Positions 10,647-22,879 of a DNA stretch of 64,000 nucleotides are shown here, in pieces. The position numbers and the translations under genes were made by a program. Position 1 is the first letter of the stretch, and every line of letters begins with the position of its first letter. Below the pieces are notes generated by a model that saw nothing but the letters and a program-made list of their open reading frames with translations, had not been told where the DNA came from and made no database searches. Source of the stretch: Flectonema sp. DT1601 (taxonomy: Eukaryota); contig OZ025789.1 in NCBI GenBank assembly GCA_964019425.1, forward strand, positions 868,001-932,000, given 5' to 3'.

Positions 10647-11328
10647 TTTTTTATGTGTTTGTGTTCTGCTCAGTAAAGAAAATGATAAAAACACCATCCA
10701 AGACTACGACCAGTATGTCTTACCAATTACAGGTCAACTGTACTCATACCACATAATGTGATACCACAGAGTGAGGTCTAATAATGAAAACTCAAGGTGA
10801 ATAATAAAAGAAGTCTGAATAATAAAATAAGCTTCCAGCTGATGGTTTACAATGACGAAAACACCCTCTGTGAAGGGAACCAAACTTTTTTTCTTTCTTT
10901 CTCTTTTCTTTTTTTTTTTTTTTCCTCCCTAATCATCACAACATCAGCTGGAGAGAATAGAGAAAAACACGGAAGAAGATCAAAAAATTAGTGCAGCAAC
11001 TAAATGTTGGAAACCAACTATGTTAAACAATGACGCTGTCACTACTACTGAGTGAGGAGATTACAACTTCTGTCGGTGTATTCGGAAATCTGAAGTTGCT
11101 ATAACCGGGTAAGGTAGGTATTCATAACCAAGAAGTTGTTTTTATAAAATGTCGTTAGAAAATTAATAACTTCATTACCAACCACTTCACTCACTCAGAA
11201 AACTAAAATACACAACTCAGAAAAGAGACAGTTCAGCGACGGTAGAAACCGTGCTGTCAAACAAGATGGACAGAAGACAACAAAATAAAACTCAGGGATT
11301 GGTAAAAGTAAGTTCTCCAACAGTTCTT

Positions 11329-12759
11329 TCACGGCTTGCTATCATTTCTACGACGAAGCTCTTCTCTAAAATGCTGTGCGAGCCATGCAGCTGCGTCATC
11401 GGGTTGATCTATCAGCAGTCCTCTGATTGCCTGTTTTTATTTTTATATTGTCTGCTTAGTAAAGATATATTTCACTGCTAACAATAAACATACTTTGTCA
11501 ACAACATAAGGAATTCTCTTAAAGGAGAGATACTGAGATGGTTCTAGTAGTGGTTTCTTACTTAAAGGTGAAACATCCCTCTGCGGGAAATCAATAGGAG
11601 CTGACGGAGACATTAGTGGAACAAAACCACCTTCATCTGTAGGGGATGCTATGGGAAGATCATCCATTACAGTTCCGACATCATCAACTAGGATCTGTCG
11701 ACGTTTTTTTGCGAGCATTTTAATTTTGAAATGCTGGACCTTCATTGCGGCATTTACAGTGTTGGCTAACTTTAGTTGAATGTTGTGACCAGTTATGACA
11801 GCAGCGTCTAGCTCTTCATCAGTCACCTTCTCAACAGCGTTAGCGACTACTTGAGTTCCCTCACAACCTGATAAGTAAGGGTGGATTAATATTTCACGAA
11901 CACCTTCACGAATTCCTATGCGTTCAGATAATCTTTTATCAAGTAGTCCTTTGTGTAGATTTATTAATTCGGAATCAACTTCATTGCCTGCTGTTGTAGG
12001 ACCGTAATCAGGTTCTTTATTTACAATCGAAGCAGATATTTCACGAACGTTGTTACCAACAAACGGAAGACGTCCGAATGATATACAGTAAAAGGTGACA
12101 CCAAGTGCCCACATGTCTGTCATTCTACCTGGGATTGCTTCGTTCTTAATCTGTTCTGGTGTGAGGAATGCTGGAGTCCCTTCAGTGTCTAAGACCATAT
12201 CATCAACTCCGTCTCCGTCTTTATCTCGAGTGCTGCTGACTCCGAAATCACACCATCTGACGACTCCTTTTTCACTTACTAAAATATTATCAGGTTTTAT
12301 ATCTCTGTGAAGGACATTGTTGACGTGAATGTAATCGAGGCCTTGACACATTCCAATTATTGATCTTTTTAGTTGTTCATCGGGAAGTGGTGGCATACCA
12401 ATACTCCAAATTGGACCATTTTGAACGTAATCTAAAAGTAAATAAACTTTCTGACTTGACGGGTCGTTAATAACTTCGTGAAGAGACACCACATTTGGGT
12501 GTCTAAACTTCTTCATTACTGCAATCTCATAGTAAACGTCGTCTAATCGAGTTTTTCCTTCGTCTCCTTTCTTTTGTCTTGCGAGTGTTGATTTGTTTAT
12601 TATTTTTAAAGCAAAGAACTGATCTGTTTCTATGTGAACGACTAATTTTACTTTGCCGTATGCTCCTCTCCCGACTTCTTGGATTACGGCGTATTCATTT
12701 ATTGTTTTGTTTCCCTCGTCGTCTTCGCCAACTACCAGATCATCAGTCTCGACGACCAT
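11329..12759 (-). CDS. CaMKK/SAK1-like Ser/Thr kinase with C-terminal RIIa/Dpy-30-like docking motif; intron 11431-11493
   Basis: KTINEYAVIQEVGRGAYGKVKL, HRDIKPDN, DFG, EGTPAF; spliced tail YLSFKRIPYVVDKAIRGLLIDQPDDAAAWLAQHF. Confidence 0.88.
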
Positions 12760-12958
12760 ATTACTGTAAACTTTCTGTGAAGAGTGGGAAGGTTGTTTTT
12801 TTTTTTTTTTGAGAAAAATAAAAAAAAAGAATGTTTTTCTTATTAAATATGTCAAAACACAAAAATAAAATAAAAATAAAATAAAAAAGTTATTATGAAA
12901 ATCTATTTTCAATCTAAATACAACTGCCACAAACAGAACTCGACAGTGAGTTTAATAA

Positions 12959-14860
12959 TTAGTATCCTTTATTAGACGTAGCGAGAATTACTCTTAATCT
13001 GTCGAGGATATCAACTTTAGTTTTCTGAAGGAGTTCTTGTTGTGTTTCAGCTGATTCTTTTATTGGTTTTCGAAACATCTCAGTTTCCGGAGGAGGTTTA
13101 TAATCTAGAATTCGAGGTTTAAATGTACACTCCTCGTTTATTGAATCTAAAATATCAAATCGACGAGGAACTGAACTTGATCTCTTTTTATGTTTTGGAC
13201 CAGTCTTTGTAGTGGTTTGAAGAATGGCAACGAAATCTGATTGTGTTAGTAGTTGTGAATCAGGGAGTCTTTTCGAACTCATATCGGAGTGAACTGCTTG
13301 ATAAAATGATTCTTTATGACGTCTTTCCCAACAATAATGTAAAATGTCTGCCACTGTTGGTGGACTTGAATTAATCAAAGCAATGACTCTGTACAGTTCT
13401 GTTAGTTCTTTTACTTTTCTAGTCACAGCTAGTTGCCGGCTTTTGTTACTAATAACGATTTCACTTGTTGGAGTTTCATTACGTGACGATGATCTGATCC
13501 TGCGGAGGGGTCCGGATGTGCTTTTTGACAACATAGCAACGACATCCGATTCATGTAAAGGTTGTGAATCAGGTAGTCTTTTTGATACCAAGTCACGTAA
13601 GACTACGCTATAAAAATCTTCTTTAGAAGAGTACTTCTTACAGTAAGAAGTCAAGTCTGCTACTGTCACTGATCCGCGAGTCTCTTCTTGAACGTCTTGA
13701 AAGAATTCTTTTAAATCTCTTACACGTTTTTCATCAGCTAAAGTTCTCGTAGCATTACTAATATGAATACCTATGTCACCATTTAGAATCTCTTCTGTGT
13801 AAACTTCTTTTATTCTTTTTGATGGTTGATTTTTTTCTGAAGGTGCCGGAACACTTACGCTTCTCCTGTTCTTGTTTGGAACAGCGTTTACAAGGGTCTG
13901 TTTGAGAGCTTCTTTTCGAATTTTATTAAGAGTTGCTTCTTGATGAACAGAAGAGTATACTAATCTGTGAAGCCACTTTTCTGTTTCATAACTTCCAACT
14001 TTTACAGCTGGTTGACGAAGTTGGTTTGGTAAATGACTACTTCTAATTGCTTCTTGAAGTGAACGTACTTCATGTGATCGTTGAACTCTACAGTTTGCAT
14101 CATCAAAGAGTCTGTTGTGAGTATTCGGATCAGGAATCTGTCCATCAACACTTCTTCTTATAAGGTTTGGTTGAAATGTACATTCGACTACTTCTCTATC
14201 TCTTGATGTTACAATTGGTGCTTTAACAGGTCTCTTTCTATTAAATGCCTGTTCTCTATCAACACCCTCCGCATATCTTGTTATCGCTGGTCTAAAAGGA
14301 TGATTCTCTTCCTGAAGTTTTTTATACGCTCGTTGTGATGTAGTCCATTGTCTTTTCATTATTTCCATCTCCATTCCGTTTTGGTATAATCGATAGCCGG
14401 GATTTTTCATTTTCTTTGATTGAGTTGGTGGTGGTGCTGGTAGCGGTTTCGTAGAATCTTTCAAACTTTGTTTTCTCGGAGGAGTCGACAGCGGAATTGA
14501 CTTTCTCTTTGAAGGAGATAACGATCTGGCTCGTTGAGGTGATTGTGATTGCGATTCCTCTCTCCGCTTCAACTTTTCAAATTCCCTTTCCCGTTGTCTC
14601 TTCTTAGCTGCTTCAAACTTTGGCGTATTTTTCTTTAGCCTTTCAGATCTCTCTCGGTATCCTTGAAGCTCTCTCTCAATCATTTCTTTTTGCTTCTCAT
14701 CTTTCTGAATTGCAATCCGTTCTAACTCGCCTTGAGCCCTTTCTTGTAATAGAGCATCACACTCGCTGTTTAATACTACCAGTTCCTGTCGCAAAGCTTG
14801 GTTACGGTTTCCTCCATCGTCGTGTATATTTACAGAATTAGAAGAGAAGTCTTCTTCCAT
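12959..14860 (-). CDS. Hypothetical coiled-coil protein (633 aa) with ECTFxP motifs and an internal ~105-aa tandem duplication
   Basis: PFRPAI, ECTFQPNL, ECTFKPRI; two copies of TVAD..YC....KE.FY....SKRLPDSQ.L..SD.VA. Confidence 0.75.
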   Translation of the reverse strand: MEEDFSSNSVNIHDDGGNRNQALRQELVVLNSECDALLQERAQGELERIAIQKDEKQKEMIERELQGYRERSERLKKNTPKFEAAKKRQREREFEKLKRREESQSQSPQRARSLSPSKRKSIPLSTPPRKQSLKDSTKPLPAPPPTQSKKMKNPGYRLYQNGMEMEIMKRQWTTSQRAYKKLQEENHPFRPAITRYAEGVDREQAFNRKRPVKAPIVTSRDREVVECTFQPNLIRRSVDGQIPDPNTHNRLFDDANCRVQRSHEVRSLQEAIRSSHLPNQLRQPAVKVGSYETEKWLHRLVYSSVHQEATLNKIRKEALKQTLVNAVPNKNRRSVSVPAPSEKNQPSKRIKEVYTEEILNGDIGIHISNATRTLADEKRVRDLKEFFQDVQEETRGSVTVADLTSYCKKYSSKEDFYSVVLRDLVSKRLPDSQPLHESDVVAMLSKSTSGPLRRIRSSSRNETPTSEIVISNKSRQLAVTRKVKELTELYRVIALINSSPPTVADILHYCWERRHKESFYQAVHSDMSSKRLPDSQLLTQSDFVAILQTTTKTGPKHKKRSSSVPRRFDILDSINEECTFKPRILDYKPPPETEMFRKPIKESAETQQELLQKTKVDILDRLRVILATSNKGY

Positions 14861-15100
14861 ATTATATTCAACTGATTCCTATTAAAAATAACTTTACAAG
14901 AATTACAACGATTGGTTTCTTTCACTACAATGGAGCGAAAGCGTCTAACGTCTCCAAACATAGGCACAAGACAAAAAAGCAAAAAGTTAGTTTTGTTAGT
15001 TAGTTTGGAAATGCTTCTTCATGTGGAGCTGAAAGCACTCTTTCTAATTTCTAGAACTAGAGAGATGACGCCTTCTTTAACTCCAAATTTCTTAGTAACA

Positions 15101-15134
<34 letters not shown>

Positions 15135-15985
15135 AAAGGGTTTTTTTTCGAACATGAAAAAAACCATCTGCCGCTACTGATATTTATTAATGTCTTCCCT
15201 TCTTCTTCATTTGCAATAATGTAAGTTGCAAAAAAAAGAAAATACGATAAGGAAAAAAAAAAAAAAACGAAAGTCGCCCCTCTGTCGGAGAATTATCAAA
15301 GAGGATATGTTTTTTTAGTTTTGGGAGACATTTTTCGCCCATTCTTGTGGGTGCAGCCTGCTGCAGATGTCAACTTAACTAAACTTTTAGAAACTTATAA
15401 AAGAACTTAAAAAAGTTAACAACAAACACACTTAGCATTCCTGCAATACGTAAAATGAGGTTGAAATCCTCAATGCAGGGCTGACGGAGAACAAGAGACA
15501 GAAAAAAGAAGAAAAAAAAACACATAGACTTGCCACATTTTTGTCAGCAAAGTACCGTTGGTTGGTTGCGCGTTATAAAGATCAGCAAACCTGTAAACGA
15601 TTTTTTAATCTGATAATATTATATTGATTTTTTTTTTTTTTTTTGTGGGAAAAACATTAAAAAAAAAAAAATATGGCGAATACAGATTGCTTTATGTTTC
15701 CTCTGATAGAAATTTACTACAACCCCATCAGAGTGAGAGTTACATGTGCTGCCTGCATATTTTTACCTTTAAACGGGAAACAGAAAAATGAAAAAAAGGT
15801 AAAATGACCTGCTACTGACGGCCTGATAAAAACAAGAAGAAGAGGGAAAAAAAAAACATAGAGGTGTAGAAGCGTAATGCTCTAATAAAGCATACATATC
15901 ACGGTCAAGGGGAAGAAGGAAAAAAGAAAAAAGGTTTTCCTTGTTATCATGGAGAGAGATACAGATGTCAATGAAAAGAGACTTT

Positions 15986-17389
15986 TTATGTTTTTTGTGT
16001 CTTCTCTGATTTTGATACAAAGGCATGATTAAGTGACCGTGGTAACATAGCAGTTAACACCAATGCAACTATAACGCACATCGCAAGAGTGTAATGAGAC
16101 AGCGGATAATTAAAAGGGTATTCCCTTTCCTCTGATATTGACCACGCAAAGAGAGCTCCAATAATAAACGGTCCTGACGCCTTCCCTAAACTACTCAGTG
16201 CCATTGATATTCCCTGCGCACTAGCACGAGAAGTCGCATCAGCCGAGTTGTTTATAAAAATAAACTGCGCAGTAAAAACAATATTAGTCGCTACTGCTTG
16301 AACAACTGCGAATATTGATAAAGCCACTAACATGGTAGTTTTATTTTCAATCATTCGAAGTAAAGGAAATGAAATCAAAACAGGAATAATAAGAAGAAGA
16401 GAACAGACAGATACGTCAGTGATAGGATACTTGTCAAATATGATTGGCATCAGTACAACACCACCAAACAAGATAGCTGCACCAGCAATAGACTGGACCA
16501 TCCCTGCTTCAGAAGCAGATATTCCCAATCCTCCATATTTTCGTTCTGTTTCTCCCCACAAATTCAGTAGTTCCACAGCAGCGATAGCCTCACTCGACCA
16601 CACGCAGTAGACCATCACAGGATGCATGACGTATGGATTTTTTACTAATTTAAACGGTGTCTTCCAATTTGATTTTCCCTTTTGATCATCCGCTAGAGTT
16701 TCTGGAAGGTATTTCCACACCAACACGACACTGAAAATCGCAAATGTTGCCGTCACAATCATCGGAGGTAAGTATGGATAAGTTATGTCCCATCCCGAAA
16801 GAAGCCCACCAACAGCAGGTCCCGTTATGGTCCCCAAACCCCAAGAAACCGACACAATAGTCATGGCTTTAGCGCTGTGTTTTGGAGGGGCAATTTCAGT
16901 TGCGATTACTTTTCCGATTCCGATTATAGAATTACTTGCACCTGTGAAGAGTCTCACTATGACAGCCCATCGCACTGATGAACAAATCCCAAATAACGGA
17001 CTTAAGCAACTTATACATAATAATGATATAATTAGAGCTGGTTTTCTACCATATCTATCAGCAAACACTCCCCATGGTATTGATGTGAATAGACGTCCAA
17101 GCATAAAACTTGAAGCGATTAGACCAACGTAGTAGCCACTGTCTTCCTCACTTTGTCCCATGTCCCTAACCATGAATTTTAAGAAAGGGAACAAGACAGT
17201 AATGCTGATAGAATTAGTTACAAGTGCGATTGCTAAGACTCCCAATTCTTTCTTTGGTAACGGTGCGTCGTCTTCTGCGTCGGCATCAGGTCGCTCTGCG
17301 TCTTCTGCTAACATCAGCTCCACACTTTCATCTGAAGATCTCTTATCGTTGTCACCCTCACATGTGAGTTCAAGCTCTGAAGAGGTCAT
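15986..17389 (-). CDS. MFS transporter (ZIFL1/DHA1-like)
   Basis: Motif A WGVFADRYGRKP, motif C GPAVGGLL, about 12 TM segments. Confidence 0.9.
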   Translation of the reverse strand: MTSSELELTCEGDNDKRSSDESVELMLAEDAERPDADAEDDAPLPKKELGVLAIALVTNSISITVLFPFLKFMVRDMGQSEEDSGYYVGLIASSFMLGRLFTSIPWGVFADRYGRKPALIISLLCISCLSPLFGICSSVRWAVIVRLFTGASNSIIGIGKVIATEIAPPKHSAKAMTIVSVSWGLGTITGPAVGGLLSGWDITYPYLPPMIVTATFAIFSVVLVWKYLPETLADDQKGKSNWKTPFKLVKNPYVMHPVMVYCVWSSEAIAAVELLNLWGETERKYGGLGISASEAGMVQSIAGAAILFGGVVLMPIIFDKYPITDVSVCSLLLIIPVLISFPLLRMIENKTTMLVALSIFAVVQAVATNIVFTAQFIFINNSADATSRASAQGISMALSSLGKASGPFIIGALFAWSISEEREYPFNYPLSHYTLAMCVIVALVLTAMLPRSLNHAFVSKSEKTQKT

Positions 17390-17993
17390 CGTACTGAAGT
17401 GGGGGTGAATTATTATATTAATCAAACCTTCCCTTTGTTACACTCACAAGAGACTCATATTATTTATCTCTCAAAGGTTCTGTTTAAAAGGATAAGAGTT
17501 AAGTAACGATTGGACATCTACTAAACGTCGCTACACTAAACTCAACAAACAAACAATCCAGCATGTGACTGGCAGAACCAACTGAAGTCAACACCGTTCA
17601 ATTTGACTCCTCTCATCACCAGGGGAGTGCAACTCAGCCCGTGAAGACGGACCTCATCGACGCAACAACTTCAGACAAAGGCATGCACTGAAGAGACTGT
17701 CACTAAATTCTATTATCGTTGCTCCCTTAAGGTTCCCTTATGCAGAAATGAAACCGCATTTATCATCCTTACCCGCAGTAGGGTAGTCGTAATTCAGTAC
17801 TAAATATTAAGAACGAGCTACGAGAGAAGGTGGGTTGGCTAACAGGATTCACGTTTTCTGTTTTCTTTCCCGCAGCCACCCACCTGGTTTAGATGGTTCC
17901 AGATTCTCATCCACTCAACGTGTGTTTACGGATTCAACCGTAAGATGTGTAGTCGACACAATTCAATGACAAGACAAACACTTATCTGAAACA

Positions 17994-18572
17994 CTATTTC
18001 TTTGATTGTTTATCGACCAACAACAGACTCTGAAGAGAGTTTACTTTGTTTGTTTCAACAATAGAACCGTTTGCGAACATCTCTTCAACCATGAAATGAG
18101 CCTTCTCAAGGTTAAACATCACGTCTAGTTCGCATACGTTTTGAAAGTACCTGTAATATGTTATATTTTATAAATTATTATAAAGGATGTCACATATGTG
18201 TTGTTAAGAAACGGAAACATTCATACCTGTCTAGCGTCTCAACAACGACGTGAATGAATTCGAGAATCGCCAACTCGTTCTCATCACCGTCGACACCTGT
18301 GGTTATTGTTGAGTTTTGTTAGTCAAGATTCGTAAAAAGGAAATCTCTCACATCGTTGACATACCGACGATGAAAAACAAAGAAGCATATCTGCGATAAA
18401 TAAGTTTGAACTGCAAGTGTTCAATAAAACTGCACTCGTTATCCTTACGTTGTAAACACTTACGGACTACCTCACCCTCGAGAGTTACTCTTTTGCTCAG
18501 CTCCATGTAGTTCGCATACTGTGCCAGACGAGTCTGCCCTTGCTTGTTCACAAGCAACAGGAAGTGAATCAT
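17994..18572 (-). CDS. AP4S1: AP-4 adaptor complex sigma subunit, 3 exons
   Basis: MIHFLLLVNKQGQTRLAQY, LIYRRYASLFF, ENELAILEFIH, CELDVMFNLEKAH, IVETNK. Confidence 0.88.
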
Positions 18573-18799
18573 TTTTACGATGAGTTCTGAAGGGAAAAGG
18601 TTTTGAAAAACAAACACATTTACTGAATACCCAACTTGTTGAAGGACACGTATATCAAATAGTAATTAAGTTCTTCTTGAGCTCATTGGATGCGTTCTGA
18701 TAAAATAAAAAAGTTAACAAGCAAGCAATCAATTCAACTCACAACCACCGAACTCACTGGTCGATGTCATGATAACACTCCAAAGACAGCTACTCTGAC

Positions 18800-19557
18800 C
18801 TAGTTGGACTTCTTGGCCTTCTTGGCGGCAATGCGTGCCTTACGGACGGCCTCCTTCTTGGCGTCAAGCTCGTGGGTACGGATCGACAACTTTACGGTGA
18901 CGGTACGCTTGTGTGGGAATTCCTTCTCTGGAAGGGCCTGTTTAGTTTTTGTTGTTTCGTTTTGGAGTTTTCAATTTTCGATGAAGAAGCCAACCTGTAA
19001 AATAAAAATAGAAAAAAAAAGAGAAAACAACAACAAACCTTTCCGTTGTAGTTGGTGACGGCCTTGGTGGCAGAGGCGTTGTCAGCGAAGTACACGAAGG
19101 CGTGGCCGGCCTTGTAGGTCTTAACCTTCTTGACGGATCCACACTTGGAGAACTCGTTCTTCAATCTCAAACGGTCCTCGCTCTTCTTGTTACGGGAAAG
19201 GTTTCCAACGTACACAGTCTTGGCGGATCCGGTACGGTCAGCCTGCTGTCTCTTCTTGGCGGCCTCAACAGTGATCTGCTGTCCCTTGAACTGCTTTCCG
19301 TTCAATTCCTTGGTCTTTGACGCTCCAGCGGCATCCTTGAAGTACAAGATGCAGTACTTTCCACGTCTCAAGTTCACGGCGTTGACTTCTCCGCACTGCT
19401 TGAAGGCAGCCTTGACGGTGTCAACAGTGATTCCAGGGAAGTTCAAGTTCTTCACGTAGACGGCCTTGCTGTCAGCAGCTCCGCTGGACTTCTGCTCTGG
19501 CTTCTTCTCGGCCTTCTTTGGGGCGGACTTCTTGGCGGCGGCTTTCTTTGCTGGCAT
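18800..19557 (-). CDS. Two-RRM RNA-binding protein, NRBD/p34-p37 (KSRP)-like, copy 1; intron 18938-19038
   Basis: APK-rich N-terminus, VYVKN, RRGKYCILYF, KTYKAGHAFVYF, VKLSIRTHELDAKKEA; strongly GC-biased codons. Confidence 0.75.
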
Positions 19558-19970
19558 TTTAAGAGGTTTGCGTGTGTTTAGCGCGTAGGTAAACCTTGAT
19601 GGGCTGGGGGAAACGAATAAAGTTATAATTAAAGTGAAGGAACTAAAATGTCAATTATGGCAACACCCCTGTATAAATAATACCTGTCAGGACATACAAT
19701 ACTGGGTACACTTCAGAATCCCAACCTTCCCTCAAGTAATATGATATCGTGAATAGGGAAGTAAGTTCCCAAGTTGTACTAAAACATCAAAAGGACTGAA
19801 GCATCTTATGTTTAACAATGAAAAAAGGAGAGATGTTCTAAAACTGTTCTTATCGACACCCATTACGACAAACGAACGATATGAGTAAAAACAGCTAACA
19901 GACGCATCATACGTACTTGTAAGCTGCAGTCACCAACGAAACACTAAAATGATGAAAGGAAAGCCCCGAC

Positions 19971-20729
19971 CTAGTTGGACTTCTTGGCCTTCTTGGCGGC
20001 AATGCGTGCCTTACGGACGGCCTCCTTCTTGGCGTCAAGTTCGTGGGTACGGATCGACAACTTTACGGTGACGGTACGCTTGTGTGGGAATTCCTTCTCT
20101 GGAAGGGCCTGTTTAGTTTTTGTTGTTTCGTTTTAGAGTTTTCAATTTTCGATAAAGAAGCCAACCTGTAAATTAAAAATAGAAAAAAAAAAGAGAAAAC
20201 AACAACAAACCTTTCCGTTGTAGTTGGTGACGGCCTTGGTGGCAGAGGCGTTGTCAGCGAAGTACACGAAGGCGTGGCCGGCCTTGTAGGTCTTAACCTT
20301 CTTGACGGATCCACACTTGGAGAACTCGTTCTTCAATCTCAAACGGTCCTCGCTCTTCTTGTTACGGGAAAGGTTTCCAACGTACACAGTCTTGGCGGAT
20401 CCGGTACGGTCAGCCTGCTGTCTCTTCTTGGCGGCCTCAACAGTGATCTGCTGTCCCTTGAACTGCTTTCCGTTCAATTCCTTGGTCTTTGACGCTCCAG
20501 CGGCATCCTTGAAGTACAAGATGCAGTACTTTCCACGTCTCAAGTTCACGGCGTTGACTTCTCCGCACTGCTTGAAGGCAGCCTTGACGGTGTCAACAGT
20601 GATTCCAGGGAAGTTCAAGTTCTTCACGTAGACGGCCTTGCTGTCAGCGGCTCCGCTGGACTTCTGCTCTGGCTTCTTCTCGGCCTTCTTTGGGGCGGAC
20701 TTCTTGGCGGCGGCTTTCTTTGCTGGCAT
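19971..20729 (-). CDS. NRBD/KSRP-like two-RRM protein, copy 2
   Basis: Same protein and intron position as copy 1. Confidence 0.75.
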
Positions 20730-22843
20730 TTTAAGAGGTTTGCGTGTGTTTAGCGCGTAGGTAAACCTTGATGGGCTGGAGGGGAAGAAGATTATGACAA
20801 GGCCACTAACCACCAGCTACCATTTCCACGAATTTACAAAAGGAAGGCAATATTGGGGGCTGGGTCGGAGGAGGGGTTATTTTGGAGGTATGTTCTCTTC
20901 CTTATTATTTCCATTTTGTTCGTTCTTTCTTAATAGTTATTTTGTTAAAATATTTCTTCAGGTTCAGTTTATGGCTACACAATAAATCAAAACAATTCGA
21001 ATCAACTAATATGGAAGCCTGATACCTACTTACTGTTCTTTAATAATGACAACAAGTACACAAAGACTAGTTTTGGTTCATTGCAGATCTGCGCAATGTC
21101 TGTTTGCTACATGAAAAATAGTACAAACAGTTAATTAATCGCGAAAGCCAACTATCATTTTTTTTTTTTTTTTTTTTTTTTTGTCTCAACACAACAACAC
21201 TTGATGCTGGAAAAGCGTCCCTTGAGAAGTTAGCCGAAACGTTGGTAAGAATTACTACAGACAAAAAAAAAGTACATTCTTTTGAAAGTTTTTATTTTTA
21301 TTTTTATTTTTTATTTTATTTTTTTTTGGAGTAAATATGAATACATGACTGTGGGCCTAGAAAACAGATACCAAACAGGGCGAACTCGCAAGCTCTTTTC
21401 TTTACTGATCATCAAACACAACTATCTCATGAATTCAGAAAGGAACACTTCACCCACTAGCATCACACAATAAAAGCTTGGTGCACTGTGTTGTCCATTT
21501 TATTATTATTATTATTTTTTTTTTCCTTCAATTGGTTCGTGTTTACAGAGTGTTGAAAAAACAATACAAAAGGAACATAAAAACCTAAAACAAAAAAAAA
21601 AAAAAAAAAAAAAAAAAGATAGGTAATTTTATTATTTTTCATCCAATTGCGAATAGCGTGTGAAAAATACCCTCACACGGAGATAGAATATTCGTCGGTC
21701 CTAAGAAACCGTGAGCTAGACTACACTTGTACTTATACAAGTTGATACCATTAGAAGACACACTTAGGGTAAACATTAGTTATGAGATTTTTTAGCAGTA
21801 TTGGTCACTCAGTTTTTAATTTTTTAATTAGGCAACATCCAAACGGACAATAAAGAGGCTGACGTTGCCAACGCTGGAACTTATTTTTTTTTTTTTTTTT
21901 TTTTTTTTTGCCCCAGTCTCTGAAGAATTACATCACATCAGCGCAACAGCTACAATTGTAAGCAATTAAGGCCTGATTAATTTTGTCATCCGCAGCAAGG
22001 TCAGAAGACAATGAATCCATATAAGCTTTTTTTTAGGCAAAGTAGAAGGGGAAAATACCCCAAACCTTTTTTTTTGTGTGCTCAGTATAATTAAATAACG
22101 GGCACCCCAATCAAAATCGAAAAGCACAGAGGCCAATATGGGATGTGAAAAGAATTTTTTTTTTAACTCCGTGGTAGTTTTCCACTACACACTGCGGAAC
22201 TGAAATCTGACTAAGCTACAAGGGTGGCTTCATTGTGATAACAAGAAAGTCAACCATTTTGGGAAGGGGGATTTCTTTTTTTTTTTTTTTTTTTTTTTTT
22301 TTCGATAGCTTTAAAAAAAAAAAAAAAAAAGAAAAGAAACTATTTATACAATATAAGTCGCTTGTACTCATGTTTTTAAAAAAAACGATTCTTGGAAAAA
22401 CGTTACTGTCAAAAATAGTACAACAACAACGACAACAACACGTGGAAAGACCCACCAATGCCTAAAAGGGGTAGAGAGGGCGTCACTAAGACTCCTATAC
22501 TAAACAGACTTGTTCAATTAAGATACCTGCAGTATATCATCACATCATTAGCACTCGTGAGCCTTTTTTTTTTTGTTTTTTTTGGGAAATGTTACGTCAC
22601 ACAGGAAAAAACTGAATTATGCTGTTTTTTTTTTTCTTCAGTGAACTAAATTGGAACAAATAAAAGCAAGCGATGACGTGAATGCAATAACTCATATATA
22701 ATTAACACGTCACACATGCTGGTGGTGTACAATTTGTGAAGAAAAGGAAGTGCAAAAAAAAGTAAGACTTTTTTCCCTGCACTTTTTTTTTTCCCTCCCC
22801 CCCCCTCTATTTGGGAAAAAAATCCCGAAAATTCCAACAACAA

Positions 22844-22879
<36 letters not shown>

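Noticed and set aside
18804..19459. Plus-strand ORFs overlapping the RRM genes and other CDSs
   Set aside because: Antisense shadows of biased codon usage
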